DNA of 51,974 nt from Acidimicrobiia bacterium (lineage in GTDB: Bacteria; Actinomycetota; Acidimicrobiia; IMCC26256; PALSA-555): assembly GCA_040902705.1 (NCBI GenBank), contig JBBDWT010000015.1, forward strand, positions 1-51,974, given 5' to 3'. Below the pieces are notes generated by a model. That model was not told the DNA's origin. It did no database searches and was given only the letters and a program-made list of their open reading frames with translations. Both the position numbers and the translations under genes were made by a program. How positions within the stretch are numbered: position 1 is the first letter of the stretch; every line of letters begins with the position of its first letter. Below are positions 1 through 8,815 of the stretch, piece by piece.

Positions 1-152
1 TCGACGTGCTCGGGATCGAACCCGTTGCGCTCGACGAGCGCGTTGAGCACCTGCGCCAGCAGCTCTTGCGGGTGGATCTCGTGCAGGGAGCCGTTGGGCT
101 TCCCCTTGCCACGCGGGGTCCGTACCCCGTCGATGATCAGTGCCTCACCCAT
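1..152 (-). CDS. acetyl-CoA C-acyltransferase (thiolase), N-terminal ~50 codons; the rest of the gene lies beyond the left edge
   Basis: Own translation of the reverse strand from the ATG at 152-150 gives [50 protein letters not shown]. This is a typical thiolase N-terminus (RTPxGK region). It is too short to appear in the ORF track. Confidence 0.7.
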   Translation of the reverse strand, partial: MGEALIIDGVRTPRGKGKPNGSLHEIHPQELLAQVLNALVERNGFDPEHV

Positions 153-185
153 CGTGGTCGTGCTTCTGACTGACGCGCTCGTCGA

Positions 186-956
186 TCATTGGACGGTGTA
201 GCCGCCGTCGACGACGATCGTGTCGCCGGTGTGGAACGTGGTCGCGGGATCGGCCAGGAAGACGATCGCTTCGCGGAGGTCTGCGGGTGTGCCCCATCGG
301 CGCACCGGTGTCCGCTTCGTGGTCATCTCGACCAGGCGCTCGTCGTCGCGCGTCTCCGGGTGCGTGTCGATCTCGGTCCAGCCGGGAAGGAGCGCGTTGG
401 CGCGGATTCCGTAGCGCGCGAGCTCGACTGCCGCGCTTCGGACGAGCCCGAGGATCCCGGCCTTGCTCGCGGCGTACGCCGCGTGGCGCGGCGTGCCGTG
501 CATTGCCGAGATCGACGAGACGGCGACGAGCGCGCCGCCCTCCTCGTCGTTGGCGTGGCGTGCCTTCATGTGCCGCCCTGCTTCTCGGAAGCACAAGAAC
601 ACGCCGTCGAGGTCGGTCGCCGTGACTCGGTGCCAGTCGTCGAGGCTCGTGTCGAGGAACGGCACGAAGTGGGCGAGCCCGGCGTTGGCGACCATCACGT
701 CGACGCGCCCGTGCTCCTCGACCGCACCCGCGAGCGCGCACTCGACGTCAGCCTCGTCGGCGACGTCGCACCGGCGCGCGGTCGCACGCGGTCGGTCCGG
801 CCTTGCGAGGAGCTCGAGCGCGGCGGCGCTCTTGGCCTCGTTGCGCGCCCAGACGTCGACCGTCGCGCCGGCATCGAGCAGTGCCTCGGCGAGACCGAGC
901 CCGATCCCCCCGTTGCCCCCAGTCACCACGGCGACTCGTCCGTCGAGTTGGCCCAT
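186..956 (-). CDS. SDR family oxidoreductase (short-chain dehydrogenase/reductase)
   Basis: ORF 186..959. Carries the Rossmann motif VVTGGNGGIGLG and the catalytic YAASK. The codon at 959 is TTG, so the ATG at 956 is the preferred start. Confidence 0.9.
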   Translation of the reverse strand: MGQLDGRVAVVTGGNGGIGLGLAEALLDAGATVDVWARNEAKSAAALELLARPDRPRATARRCDVADEADVECALAGAVEEHGRVDVMVANAGLAHFVPFLDTSLDDWHRVTATDLDGVFLCFREAGRHMKARHANDEEGGALVAVSSISAMHGTPRHAAYAASKAGILGLVRSAAVELARYGIRANALLPGWTEIDTHPETRDDERLVEMTTKRTPVRRWGTPADLREAIVFLADPATTFHTGDTIVVDGGYTVQ

Positions 957-1002
957 CAACTGCCATCATGCTGCACATCCGCAGCCGAGGGGGAAGCCGG
1001 TC

Positions 1003-1749
1003 ATGCCACCTGTCCAGCAGATCGTCGTCGTCGGCGCCGGTGTCATGGGAAGCGGGATCGCGCAGGTCACCGCTACCGCGGGGTTCCCGACCCGGTGCGT
1101 CGACATCGACTCTGGTGCGCTCGACCGTGCCCGCGACTCCGTCCGCAGCGGTCGTTACGGCGTCGAGCGCGGCGTCGAGCGCGGCAAGATCACGGCCGAG
1201 CAGGCGAAGGCCGCGCTCGAGCGCCTGGAGTTCTCCGACGCGCTCGACGATGTCGCGACCGCCGACCTCGTCATCGAGGCGGTCCCCGAGCGGTTCGACC
1301 TGAAGATCCGCGTGCTGCGCGATCTCGACGCCCGCATGTCCGACGACGGCATCCTCGCGTCGAACACATCGGGGTTCTCGATCGCGGCTCTCGGTGCCGC
1401 GACCGAACGGCCCGAGCGTGTGATCGGATGGCACTGGGCCTCACCCGCGCCGGTCATGCGGTTCGCCGAGATCGTGCGTGCCGAAGCGACCTCGAGCGAT
1501 GCCGTCGACGCGGTGTGCGACGTCGCGCGCGCGTGCGGCAAGAACCCGATCGTCGTCAACGATGCCGCGACCGCGTGGGGCTTCGTCGCCAACCGGATCT
1601 ATGCGGCGGTGCTTGCGGAGTCGCAGCGCGTCGTCGCGGAAGCCATCACCGACCGCGAGGGTGTCGACCAGCTGATGATGGACTGCTTCGGCTGGCCGAC
1701 GGGCCCGTACACGATGGTGCGCGGCGCGACGGAGGGCTGGAGGTCGTGA
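1003..1749 (+). CDS. 3-hydroxyacyl-CoA (3-hydroxybutyryl-CoA) dehydrogenase, C-terminally short
   Basis: Tail of ORF 463..1749, starting at MPPVQQIVVVGAGVMGSGIAQ (NAD-binding GxGxxG). Also has SNTSGFSI and GFVANRI motifs. It ends about 40 aa earlier than typical Hbd/FadB-type proteins. Its stop overlaps the next start (GTGA at 1746-1749). Confidence 0.85.
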   Translation: MPPVQQIVVVGAGVMGSGIAQVTATAGFPTRCVDIDSGALDRARDSVRSGRYGVERGVERGKITAEQAKAALERLEFSDALDDVATADLVIEAVPERFDLKIRVLRDLDARMSDDGILASNTSGFSIAALGAATERPERVIGWHWASPAPVMRFAEIVRAEATSSDAVDAVCDVARACGKNPIVVNDAATAWGFVANRIYAAVLAESQRVVAEAITDREGVDQLMMDCFGWPTGPYTMVRGATEGWRS

Positions 1750-2720
1750 ACGTCGGGCTCTACCTCGACCTTCGCAACCCGCCCCCGTGGCGGCAGGATC
1801 CCGCGCGCACGTACGCGTTCGCCCTCGAGGTGTGCGAGGAGGCCGATCGGCTCGGAGCACACTCGGTGTGGCTGTCCGAGCACCATCTCTTCGAGGACGG
1901 ATACCTCCCGCAACCGCTGACGTTCGCCGCGGCCATCGCGGCTCGCACGACGCGGATGCGGATCGGGACGTCGGTGGTGATCGCCCCGCTGCGGCCGGCG
2001 ATCGCGATTGCCGAGGAAGCTGCGATCGTCGATCTCGTCAGCGCCGGTCGGCTCGAGCTCGGCCTCGGCGCCGGCTACCGCAGCGCCGAGTTCGACCTGT
2101 TCGAGGCCGACATCGCGCATCGCTACGGCACGACCGATGCGCGCGCACGGGAGGTCCGCGCGCTCTGGCGTGACGAGCGCGTCACCCCCCGGCCGGTGCA
2201 GTCGCGCGTCCCCATCTGGATGGGGTACCAGGGACCGCAAGGGGCGCGCCGCGCCGGGGTGCTGGGCGAGGGCCTCCTGTCGTCGTCGGCCGCGCTCTAC
2301 GAGCCGTATCGCGACGGACTCGTGGACGCCGGTCATGACCCCGCGACCACGGCGCGCATGGCCGGTGTGATCCAGGGCTTCGTCACCGACGACCCCGAGC
2401 GGGACTGGCCGCGGATCGCGCCGCACGTCGCCTATCAGGCGGACTCGTACCGTCGGTACATGGTCGAGGGCACGGGACGCCCGCCACCGAAGCCCGTCGA
2501 TCCCGAGAGGCTCCGCAGCGACACGGTCGGTGGCGCCCTCCAATCGTTCCTCTGCGCGACCCCCGAGGACGCGGCGGAGCAGATCCGAGCGCACACCGCG
2601 GGTGCGCCCGTCGAGACGGTGTTCCTGTGGGCGTCGATCGCCGGGATGCCCGAACCGCTCGTCGTGGCGCACGTGGAGACGATCTGCACGCGCCTCGCCC
2701 CGCTGCTCACGACCGCCTGA
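1746..2720 (+). CDS. LLM-class (luciferase-like) flavin/F420-dependent oxidoreductase
   Basis: Last 324 codons of the 843-aa ORF 189..2720. In-frame GTG at 1746 (VNVGLYLDLRNPPPW...). Motifs HSVWLSEHH, LELGLGAGY and IWMGY are typical of LLM monooxygenase-family proteins. The upstream part of the ORF is Arg/Pro-rich off-frame noise. Confidence 0.85.
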   Translation: MNVGLYLDLRNPPPWRQDPARTYAFALEVCEEADRLGAHSVWLSEHHLFEDGYLPQPLTFAAAIAARTTRMRIGTSVVIAPLRPAIAIAEEAAIVDLVSAGRLELGLGAGYRSAEFDLFEADIAHRYGTTDARAREVRALWRDERVTPRPVQSRVPIWMGYQGPQGARRAGVLGEGLLSSSAALYEPYRDGLVDAGHDPATTARMAGVIQGFVTDDPERDWPRIAPHVAYQADSYRRYMVEGTGRPPPKPVDPERLRSDTVGGALQSFLCATPEDAAEQIRAHTAGAPVETVFLWASIAGMPEPLVVAHVETICTRLAPLLTTA

Positions 2721-2763
2721 GACCGAGCTTCGAGTGCGATCACCACCCGAGGCGTGAACGTGA

Positions 2764-3693
2764 CTACTCGGCGGATCGCACTGGTGACCTGGAGAGCTCG
2801 GCGAGCAGGGTCGCGGTCTCCGGTCCCGGGCGCATGGTCCTGCCGTCGAGCCACACGACTCCGGACCCGGTCTCCTCGATGAACTCCAGCAGATCGAGGT
2901 CGGGCATCGACGGGAACGCGAGCCAGAAGCTGCGGCCGACGGCCGGATCGTCGATCGACTGCTGGAGCTCCCGCAGGCGGTACATGCCGGGGCCGAGGGC
3001 AGCCAGCGCCTGTTCGACGGACTGCTTCGGGGTGCCCGAGATCGTCGTGATGCCGATGAGTCGCGACTTGTCGAACCCGACGAGGTCGAGTGGCGAGGTC
3101 TTGGCGGGGAGCCCGAGCGAGAGACCACCGCCCCGGAGCGTCCGGCTCGACGCGGCGAGCACCGGGTCGTCGGCGATGTGCCGTCCCCAGTTCTTGGCAT
3201 CGCGCGTCGAGGTGACCTCGTCGACCAGCTTGAGGCGTCGGGCGTCGTACGCACCGAGCTCGCGCCACCACCACTCGAACGCTTCGACGGCTCCCGGCTG
3301 GTCGTGCAACGAGGTCGGAGCAGCCTCACGGAGGCCGACGGCGACCTTGCCCATGTGGCGGGTCGGGAGCGGGTCGGTCGCAAGGATCCGGCTGGAGTCG
3401 GAGTCGACGGTGAAGAGCACCTCGGCCTCGGGGCGACCGTGCACCGCGTCGACGACACCCCGCCCGATCACTCCGACGTTGCGGATCGCCAGCCAGAGCG
3501 TGTCGCCCGGCTGGACCGAGAGGAAGCGTGCCTTCAGCGGAGTCGTTCCACTCAGGTGCTGGTACCGGATGATGGTGTCGAGGCAAGCTTCGTAGCTGTC
3601 GGTCACCCTCTCGCCGCCGCGGTACGTGAGACGCGCCGAAGCAGGCAGCACGACGAGCCAATGCCGTTTCGTTCCCAACTCGGGTGAAGCCAT
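2764..3693 (-). CDS. hypothetical protein (309 aa), N-terminal PUA-like (EVE/ASCH-type) region plus an unassigned C-terminal domain
   Basis: ORF 2764..3987. Coding-like sequence begins at the internal ATG at 3693 (MASPELGTKRHWLVVL...), preceded by GGGGAAGAGG. VQPGDTLWLAIRNVGVIGRGVV resembles the conserved strand pair of EVE/ASCH domains. The rest matches no family I recognise. Confidence 0.6.
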   Translation of the reverse strand: MASPELGTKRHWLVVLPASARLTYRGGERVTDSYEACLDTIIRYQHLSGTTPLKARFLSVQPGDTLWLAIRNVGVIGRGVVDAVHGRPEAEVLFTVDSDSSRILATDPLPTRHMGKVAVGLREAAPTSLHDQPGAVEAFEWWWRELGAYDARRLKLVDEVTSTRDAKNWGRHIADDPVLAASSRTLRGGGLSLGLPAKTSPLDLVGFDKSRLIGITTISGTPKQSVEQALAALGPGMYRLRELQQSIDDPAVGRSFWLAFPSMPDLDLLEFIEETGSGVVWLDGRTMRPGPETATLLAELSRSPVRSAE

Positions 3694-3769
3694 TTGCCTC
3701 TTCCCCACCCCAGCCCAACGGTGGGCGGGAAGTCTATGGAGGCATCGACGAAGGTGCCAGCGTGAGCGT

Positions 3770-4669
3770 CTAGGCGAGAGCAGCAGCGCCGCGGGCGACG
3801 AAGTCGTCGAGACGAGCCAGCGAGGTGGGGCCGACACGGCTGGCGGGCAGGAAGTCGACGGCGTCGCGCAGATCCCACGACGGGTCGTAGTCGTTGGTGC
3901 CCGCGCGGAGCTGCCACGACGCGAGGAAGTCGTCTGCCGCGCGGGCACCGACCTGCAACGCGAGGTTGAGGCGACAGTGCGCCACATCGACCTCTGCAGG
4001 CCCTCGGCATGCCCACACCCAGTCGACGATCCCCGAGAGCGTGCTGCCCCGCCACAGCACGTTGCCCGGGTGGTAGTCGCGGTGGATCAGCGAGCGGGGA
4101 CCGTGCGGGGTCGCCTGGCCGTGGACCCTGATCGCCAGCTCCCAGGCGTCGCGGTGTCGGGCCCAGTCCGGCGGGCGAGCGTCGTGTGCCGCGGAATAGG
4201 GCAGGTGCATCGGGAAGCTCGGGTCCGGAGGAACCGGTGTCGCATGGATGGCCGGCAAGGGTGCAGCGAGCTGATCGACGAACTCGTCGATGCTCGATTG
4301 CGGCCGTACCCGGGGTCGCCCGGGAACCCGGGTCATGAGGAGCGCCGGCGCCCCACACGCCGTGCCGTCGGGGTCGATCGCCGTCAGGCGCGGGACCGCG
4401 ATCTCGAGTCGCTCGATCGCCTGCAGCACCGCCGCCTCGCGCTCGACGGCGCGTGGCTCCGACGCGAGCACCGTGGGGTCGAGGTAGCGGCGCAGCACGA
4501 GCCGAGCGACCTGTCCGCGCGGCGACGCCACGTCGAGCGCGTCGACACATGAGCTCGTCGCGCCCGGGAGACGCCGTGTGCGCACGACACGAGCGCCGGC
4601 ACCGACGACCTTGGCCGCCCACGCGCAGGCGATGTCGGGGAGCTCGTTCCCGGGATCGACCTCGTCCAC
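3770..4669 (-). CDS. phosphotransferase, aminoglycoside/choline kinase (APH) family
   Basis: ORF 3770..4978. Has the catalytic loop LIHRDYHPGNVLW followed by GIVDW (HxDxxxxN...D kinase signature). The most plausible start is the GTG at 4669, preceded by AGGGGG. The longer ORF start would overlap the TetR gene. Confidence 0.8.
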   Translation of the reverse strand: MDEVDPGNELPDIACAWAAKVVGAGARVVRTRRLPGATSSCVDALDVASPRGQVARLVLRRYLDPTVLASEPRAVEREAAVLQAIERLEIAVPRLTAIDPDGTACGAPALLMTRVPGRPRVRPQSSIDEFVDQLAAPLPAIHATPVPPDPSFPMHLPYSAAHDARPPDWARHRDAWELAIRVHGQATPHGPRSLIHRDYHPGNVLWRGSTLSGIVDWVWACRGPAEVDVAHCRLNLALQVGARAADDFLASWQLRAGTNDYDPSWDLRDAVDFLPASRVGPTSLARLDDFVARGAAALA

Positions 4670-4697
4670 GTGCCGGACCCCCTCGAGCGATTGTCGG

Positions 4698-5303
4698 TCA
4701 GCGGCTCGGGGCCGGCTCCTCGGCGCGCACTCCCCGGAGGCCGAACCACGCGAGCTCCGAGACCCAACGCGCGAGGAGCGCGGGCTCGAGTGGCGCGCCA
4801 CTCTCCGTGAGCGCGTCACGGCTCGTTGCCTCCGCGATGCCGATGAGCGCGTGCGCGAGGACCCGGCGGTGCTCAGCGGTGCCCTGGATGTCGATGAGCT
4901 GAGAGATCGCGTCAGCCGTATCGTCGAGGACCCCTTCGACCACCTCGGCGAATTCGGCGTCGTTGCGAGCGGCTGCACCGAACAGCACGCGAAATGCGGC
5001 CTCGTTGCTCGTCACGAAGCGGAAGTATGCGTCGAAACCGGCTTCGACTCGCTCGCGACCGGTCGTGGCACCGCGCGTCGCCTCAGCCAGTCGTGCGAGG
5101 AGCTGGTGACCGAGGTCATCGAGCAGCTCGACGAACAGTGCGCGCTTCGACGGGAAGTGCTGGTAGAGCACCGGCTTGGTGACGCCAGCGGCGGTGGCGA
5201 CGTCGTCCATCGACGTCGCGTGGAAGCCGTTGGTCGCGAACACGGTGCATGCGACATCGAGCAGCTGTCGACGCCGTTGCTCAGCAGGAAGTCGGACGGT
5301 CAC
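4698..5303 (-). CDS. TetR/AcrR family transcriptional regulator
   Basis: N-terminal HTH reads RRRQLLDVACTVFATNGFHATSMDDVATAAGVTKPVLYQHFPSKRALF. Size is 201 aa. Confidence 0.92.
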   Translation of the reverse strand: MTVRLPAEQRRRQLLDVACTVFATNGFHATSMDDVATAAGVTKPVLYQHFPSKRALFVELLDDLGHQLLARLAEATRGATTGRERVEAGFDAYFRFVTSNEAAFRVLFGAAARNDAEFAEVVEGVLDDTADAISQLIDIQGTAEHRRVLAHALIGIAEATSRDALTESGAPLEPALLARWVSELAWFGLRGVRAEEPAPSR

Positions 5304-5316
5304 GCGGCGGGCTGCC

Positions 5317-6321
5317 TCATACGCTCGACTTCAGCGGCATGACGAAGCGGTCCTCGTGATCGAAGTTGCGCGACCACAGCTCTTTGAGTCGGGCGTGTTC
5401 GTCCGGGCTGAGCGGCAGCTCGGATGCCGCGGCGTACTCGCGCACTTCCTCGGGAGTGGTGGTGGTCGGGAGCACAGTGGCGAACGCGGGGTTCGCCAGG
5501 ATGCCGGCGATCGCGGCCTGACCGATCGTGCGCCCGGTACCGTCCCAGAGGAAGCTGAGCGTCTCGGCCTTCTCGAAGTTGTCGAGCATGTTGTCGCGGT
5601 TGCGATGGGCGCGGTGGTCGCCCTTCGGGAAGATCGTGTCCGGTGTCACTCGCCCCGAGAGCGCGTCGGAGGCGTGCGGCACGCGGGAGATCAAGCTGAT
5701 CCGGCCGTCGCGCACGTTCTCCTCGGCGGCGAACGTGAGTCCCGGCTCCTGCTCGAGGATGTTGAACACGGTCTGGAGCGAGGCGATGGGGCGTTGCCGG
5801 ATGGCCGCAAGGCCCTCTTCGACCCACCCGATCGCCGGTCCGAGGGCCACACCGAGCTCGAGGATCTTGCCCTGCGCGCGCAGGCTCTCGAGCTCCGCCC
5901 AGAGGTCGTCGGCGAGGATCGGTTCGATGTGCGTGTTGTGGAGCTGGTACAGCTCGATGCGGTCGGTGCCGAGTCGACGAAGCGAGTCATCGAGCTGCTT
6001 GCGGACCGACTCGGGGCGCCAGTCGTGGGGTCGCTCCGACTGGCCCGCGCGACGTTCGGCGTCGATGTCGTACCCGCACTTCGTCGTGAGCACGAAGTCG
6101 TCGCGGCTCGTCTGCAGCAGATCCGCCAGCATCGTCTCGCCCACGGCGTCCGCGCCGTACACCGGCGCGGTGTCGATGAAGTTGACGCCGGCGTCGATCG
6201 CGGTTCGCAGGAGTCCCTGCTTGTCCTCGACCTCGCCCCACCAGTCGCTGGCAAGGGTCCACGTGCCGAAGCCGATCTCAGAGACTTCGATCGACGAAGT
6301 GCCGAAACGTCGGTATCGCAT
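5317..6321 (-). CDS. aldo/keto reductase
   Basis: MRYRRFGTSSIEVSEIGFGTW...GVNFIDTAPVYG...ELYQLHN are the canonical AKR motifs. Size is 334 aa. Confidence 0.92.
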   Translation of the reverse strand: MRYRRFGTSSIEVSEIGFGTWTLASDWWGEVEDKQGLLRTAIDAGVNFIDTAPVYGADAVGETMLADLLQTSRDDFVLTTKCGYDIDAERRAGQSERPHDWRPESVRKQLDDSLRRLGTDRIELYQLHNTHIEPILADDLWAELESLRAQGKILELGVALGPAIGWVEEGLAAIRQRPIASLQTVFNILEQEPGLTFAAEENVRDGRISLISRVPHASDALSGRVTPDTIFPKGDHRAHRNRDNMLDNFEKAETLSFLWDGTGRTIGQAAIAGILANPAFATVLPTTTTPEEVREYAAASELPLSPDEHARLKELWSRNFDHEDRFVMPLKSSV

Positions 6322-6359
6322 GGGACGTCTCCTCTCCTGCCGCGCAGGCCGAGCGGAAG

Positions 6360-6374
6360 CCTCCGTCGCGGAGG
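6360..6374 (-). terminator. short GC hairpin downstream of the small membrane-protein gene (possible terminator, no U-tract)
   Basis: CCTCCG-TCG-CGGAGG is a perfect 6-bp stem. It lies in the 107-bp gap between the stop at 6429 and the AKR start at 6321. Confidence 0.25.
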
Positions 6375-6428
6375 TCGCGAAGAACCTAGATCCTGCCAGG
6401 CGGGATGATCGAACCTCGTCTCGGGCCG

Positions 6429-6698
6429 TTAGTGGAAGGAGCCCCCGCCGCGTTCCTCCCGCTCGGCCGCCTTGATGCCGTACCCGAACACGATCGGTAC
6501 CGGGAGGATCAGGATGGCGGCGGCGAGCGCGCCGATCGTCAGCGTCACCAACCAGCTCGGAAACCCCGTCGCGAACGCGGCGATGAAGGCGCCGATCGCG
6601 ATGCCGAGCGCGAGGTATCCGATCCGCTGCGCGGCGTTGACGGCTCGGGCGATGCGGGCCCGGCGCTCGAGAACCGGATCGGTTGCGTCACTCACCAT
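6429..6698 (-). CDS. small integral membrane protein (about 89 aa, two TM helices)
   Basis: ORF 6429..6707. Two hydrophobic stretches: IGYLALGIAIGAFIAAFATGF and LVTLTIGALAAAILILPVPIVFGYG. The ATG at 6698 overlaps the glycosyltransferase stop by 7 nt (ATGGTGA). An alternative ATG sits at 6707. Confidence 0.65.
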   Translation of the reverse strand: MVSDATDPVLERRARIARAVNAAQRIGYLALGIAIGAFIAAFATGFPSWLVTLTIGALAAAILILPVPIVFGYGIKAAEREERGGGSFH

Positions 6699-7774
6699 TG
6701 GTCCCAACCTACCGTCGCGAAGGCGGCTGCGATCCGGCGCGGAAGATCGCTGAGATCGAAGTGCTCGCGCGCCACCGTGAGGTTGGCGTCGAACCGCTCG
6801 TCATCCGGGTGCTCGAGCCAGGCGACCAGTGCCGACGGGTCGTCGACCGAGAAGAGCTGTAGGCCGAGGCCGACGAGCTCGTCGAGTGCGGGGTAGTGGG
6901 CGACCGCGAGCGGACGACGAGCGACGACCGATTCGATCACGGGATTGCCGAAACCTTCCCAGTTCGACGGAAAGACGAGAACGTCGGCGGCCGCGTACGC
7001 GTCGGCGGCACGTGGCGCCCGACCAACCGTGACGGGGATGGAGGCTGTCGCGAGGAGGCGATCGAGCTCGGGTCCGTAGCCGTCCTCGGCTGGACCCGTG
7101 ATCCAGTACCGGACGCGTGAGGGCAGACGCTCCTGCAGCTGTTCGGCGAACTCGATGGCGCGGCCGACGTCCTTTCGCGGGATCGCCCGGGTCGGTTGCA
7201 GCACCACCGTCTCGGCATCCGAGAACCCGAACGACGCGCGGGTACCGGCCCGATCGCCGGGCGGGGGATGGAGGTCGAACGCATTCCGGATCGTGACGGC
7301 GTCGATCCCGCGTTCGAGCAGACCGACTCGCGCGTGATCGTTGATCGTGATGTGCAGCGAGTCTGGCCGCCTCGGAGGGAACTCGTGGAGGTGTGCGAGC
7401 CGGGGTCGCTCCCACGGCAGGTCGTGGTGGTGGAAGAGCACGCGACCGCGATGGCGTTCGAGAACGTCCGCGGTCATCCGTGACGCGGCTTCGTTCAGGG
7501 GGAGCGAGCAGAGGTTCTCGACGACCACGAGGTCGGCTCCGGCGAGCGCGGCGGCGAGGACATCCGGCTCGGCCCTCGCCCCGGGAGCGGGATCGATCGC
7601 GAGGAACGGCACCCACGCGTCGTCGGGTCCGATGCCGTCCGTGAGCTCCCCGGCAACACGTCGGGTGCTCAACCCGAGCTCGTGCAGCGCCCATTCCCAC
7701 TTGGCAGCCTCGACAGAGACCCCGTCGGTACCACCGAGTCGGAACGAGCAGACGACAGCGACCGGGGCACTCAC
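6692..7774 (-). CDS. glycosyltransferase, GT-B fold (GT4/family 1-like)
   Basis: 360 aa. The N-terminus VAVVCSFRLGGTDGVSVEAAKW and the C-terminal FPSNWEGFGNPVIES (the E-x7-E region of retaining GT4 enzymes) support the call. Confidence 0.85.
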   Translation of the reverse strand: MSAPVAVVCSFRLGGTDGVSVEAAKWEWALHELGLSTRRVAGELTDGIGPDDAWVPFLAIDPAPGARAEPDVLAAALAGADLVVVENLCSLPLNEAASRMTADVLERHRGRVLFHHHDLPWERPRLAHLHEFPPRRPDSLHITINDHARVGLLERGIDAVTIRNAFDLHPPPGDRAGTRASFGFSDAETVVLQPTRAIPRKDVGRAIEFAEQLQERLPSRVRYWITGPAEDGYGPELDRLLATASIPVTVGRAPRAADAYAAADVLVFPSNWEGFGNPVIESVVARRPLAVAHYPALDELVGLGLQLFSVDDPSALVAWLEHPDDERFDANLTVAREHFDLSDLPRRIAAAFATVGWDQW

Positions 7775-7794
7775 GCAGCCACGACCGCGCGTCG

Positions 7795-8478
7795 TCAGTC
7801 GTGCGTGGGATCAGTGCGCGCGAGTGACAACCGCCGGTTCGCCGCGTCGAGCACGGCGCGGACGATCGCGTCGTCCGGACTGTGGTGCACGATGGCCGAG
7901 CCGGCGAGGTGGCGCTCGAGCGGCATCTCCACGGAGACGAGCGTCACGATCGCGACGTCTTGTGGACCGACGTGTGCGATCTCCGCTCCGACGACGTCCA
8001 GGGACCTCGCGGCGTCGTGGAGCTGCCGCAGCGCGTCAAGCGTCGCGGTGGCGACCAGGCGCGGCCGGACCATGGTCGCCGCGGTTCCCTCCGCGTACCC
8101 GGTCGCTTGCGAAGCGCCCTCGAGCGTGACCCTGATCGACGTGCGGAGCTCGACCGTGCTCGCTTGGATGCCCAGGACGCGCACCCGAACCGCCGGAAGG
8201 GCTGCCGGCGCGCTCGTCGACGAGTCACCGTTCGGGGTCAGCTGGACGACGGAGACGATCCGGCGATCGATCTCGAGACCGAACGACGCAAGGGCGACGG
8301 ACTGGACATCTCGCACGACTTGCTTCGCGTGCTTGCCGGTGTGGGCGAGGACGTGGATCTCGAGTGGGCGGCCGATGTCGTCCGCCACGATCCGGACCGC
8401 AGCGACATCAGGAAGGCGGTGCAGTTCCGCTTCGACCGCGTCCACGTCGAGCTCGGCCGTCTGCTGTTCGTCGGACAT
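7795..8478 (-). CDS. hypothetical protein (227 aa), first gene of the glycosyltransferase operon
   Basis: Clean ORF with an acidic N-terminus. It lies 20 nt upstream of the GT gene. The translation is coding-like and non-repetitive (LPDVAAVRIVADDIGRPLEIHVLAHTGKHAKQVV...). I recognise no family. Confidence 0.6.
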   Translation of the reverse strand: MSDEQQTAELDVDAVEAELHRLPDVAAVRIVADDIGRPLEIHVLAHTGKHAKQVVRDVQSVALASFGLEIDRRIVSVVQLTPNGDSSTSAPAALPAVRVRVLGIQASTVELRTSIRVTLEGASQATGYAEGTAATMVRPRLVATATLDALRQLHDAARSLDVVGAEIAHVGPQDVAIVTLVSVEMPLERHLAGSAIVHHSPDDAIVRAVLDAANRRLSLARTDPTHD

Positions 8479-8815
8479 TCCCCGCTCCCCGTCACTCTTA
8501 TGCCGATTGAGCGTCTACGCCCACGCAAGAGGATACGGAGGGCGGTCGAACGTGACAGGGACTCCCGAGTTCGCGCGGAGAGTGGTCATAGTGATGCCTT
8601 GGGTCTTGCGATCCGGCTGGGGCGCGGTGACACTTGTGAGGCTCCTGTGAAGCAGGATGACTGGTCTTCCCTAGGCGGGGAGGTGGAGAGGGGACTGGAC
8701 GAAGCGGGCAGGATCTCGGCATAACCAGGGGCTGAAGAGCCTCGAAGCGGAGCGTCACCTCATCGGTAACTAGTTGCGCCGGCGGGAGTTCCCCAATGAT
8801 TGGGGGGGATTCGCT

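Noticed and set aside
189-1745. First ~520 codons of the 843-aa plus-strand ORF 189..2720, and other very long ORFs such as 1599..3458(-), 10204..12033(-), 14580..16793(-), 26836..28017(-), 32016..33617(+), 32732..34456(+), 42229..44016(-) and 49583..51589(+)
   Set aside because: Their translations are Arg/Pro/Ala/Gly-rich low-complexity strings, typical of wrong-frame or antisense reading of ~70% GC DNA. Each is fully covered by a gene on another frame or strand with clear family motifs. Only the 3' part of 189..2720 (from 1746) is coding.
1003-1749. 3-hydroxyacyl-CoA dehydrogenase as a pseudogene because it ends ~40 aa early
   Set aside because: The frame is intact with a normal start. The stop is precisely coupled (GTGA) to the next gene, which argues for a functional short variant rather than decay. 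This cannot be settled without orthologue comparison.
3694-3769. Hairpin CCCACC...GGTGGG in the 76-bp spacer between the APH-like gene and the orphan gene, as a terminator
   Set aside because: The stem is only 6 bp with a 10-nt loop and no U-tract, and it partly overlaps the RBS region of the downstream gene. That is insufficient to call a terminator; the genes may well be co-transcribed.
8520-8780. Possible known structured RNA (RNase P RNA, tmRNA, SRP RNA, c-di-GMP/c-di-AMP/guanidine/TPP/cobalamin riboswitch) in the long spacer
   Set aside because: I could not find the diagnostic cores by eye. These include GGAAAGUCCGG for RNase P, a tag ORF plus tRNA-like ends for tmRNA, CUAGGGUUCCG for ykkC, CUGAGA for TPP, the B12 box, and the GEMM GCAAA/tetraloop-receptor pattern. 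The region is kept only as an unassigned candidate leader pending an Rfam scan.
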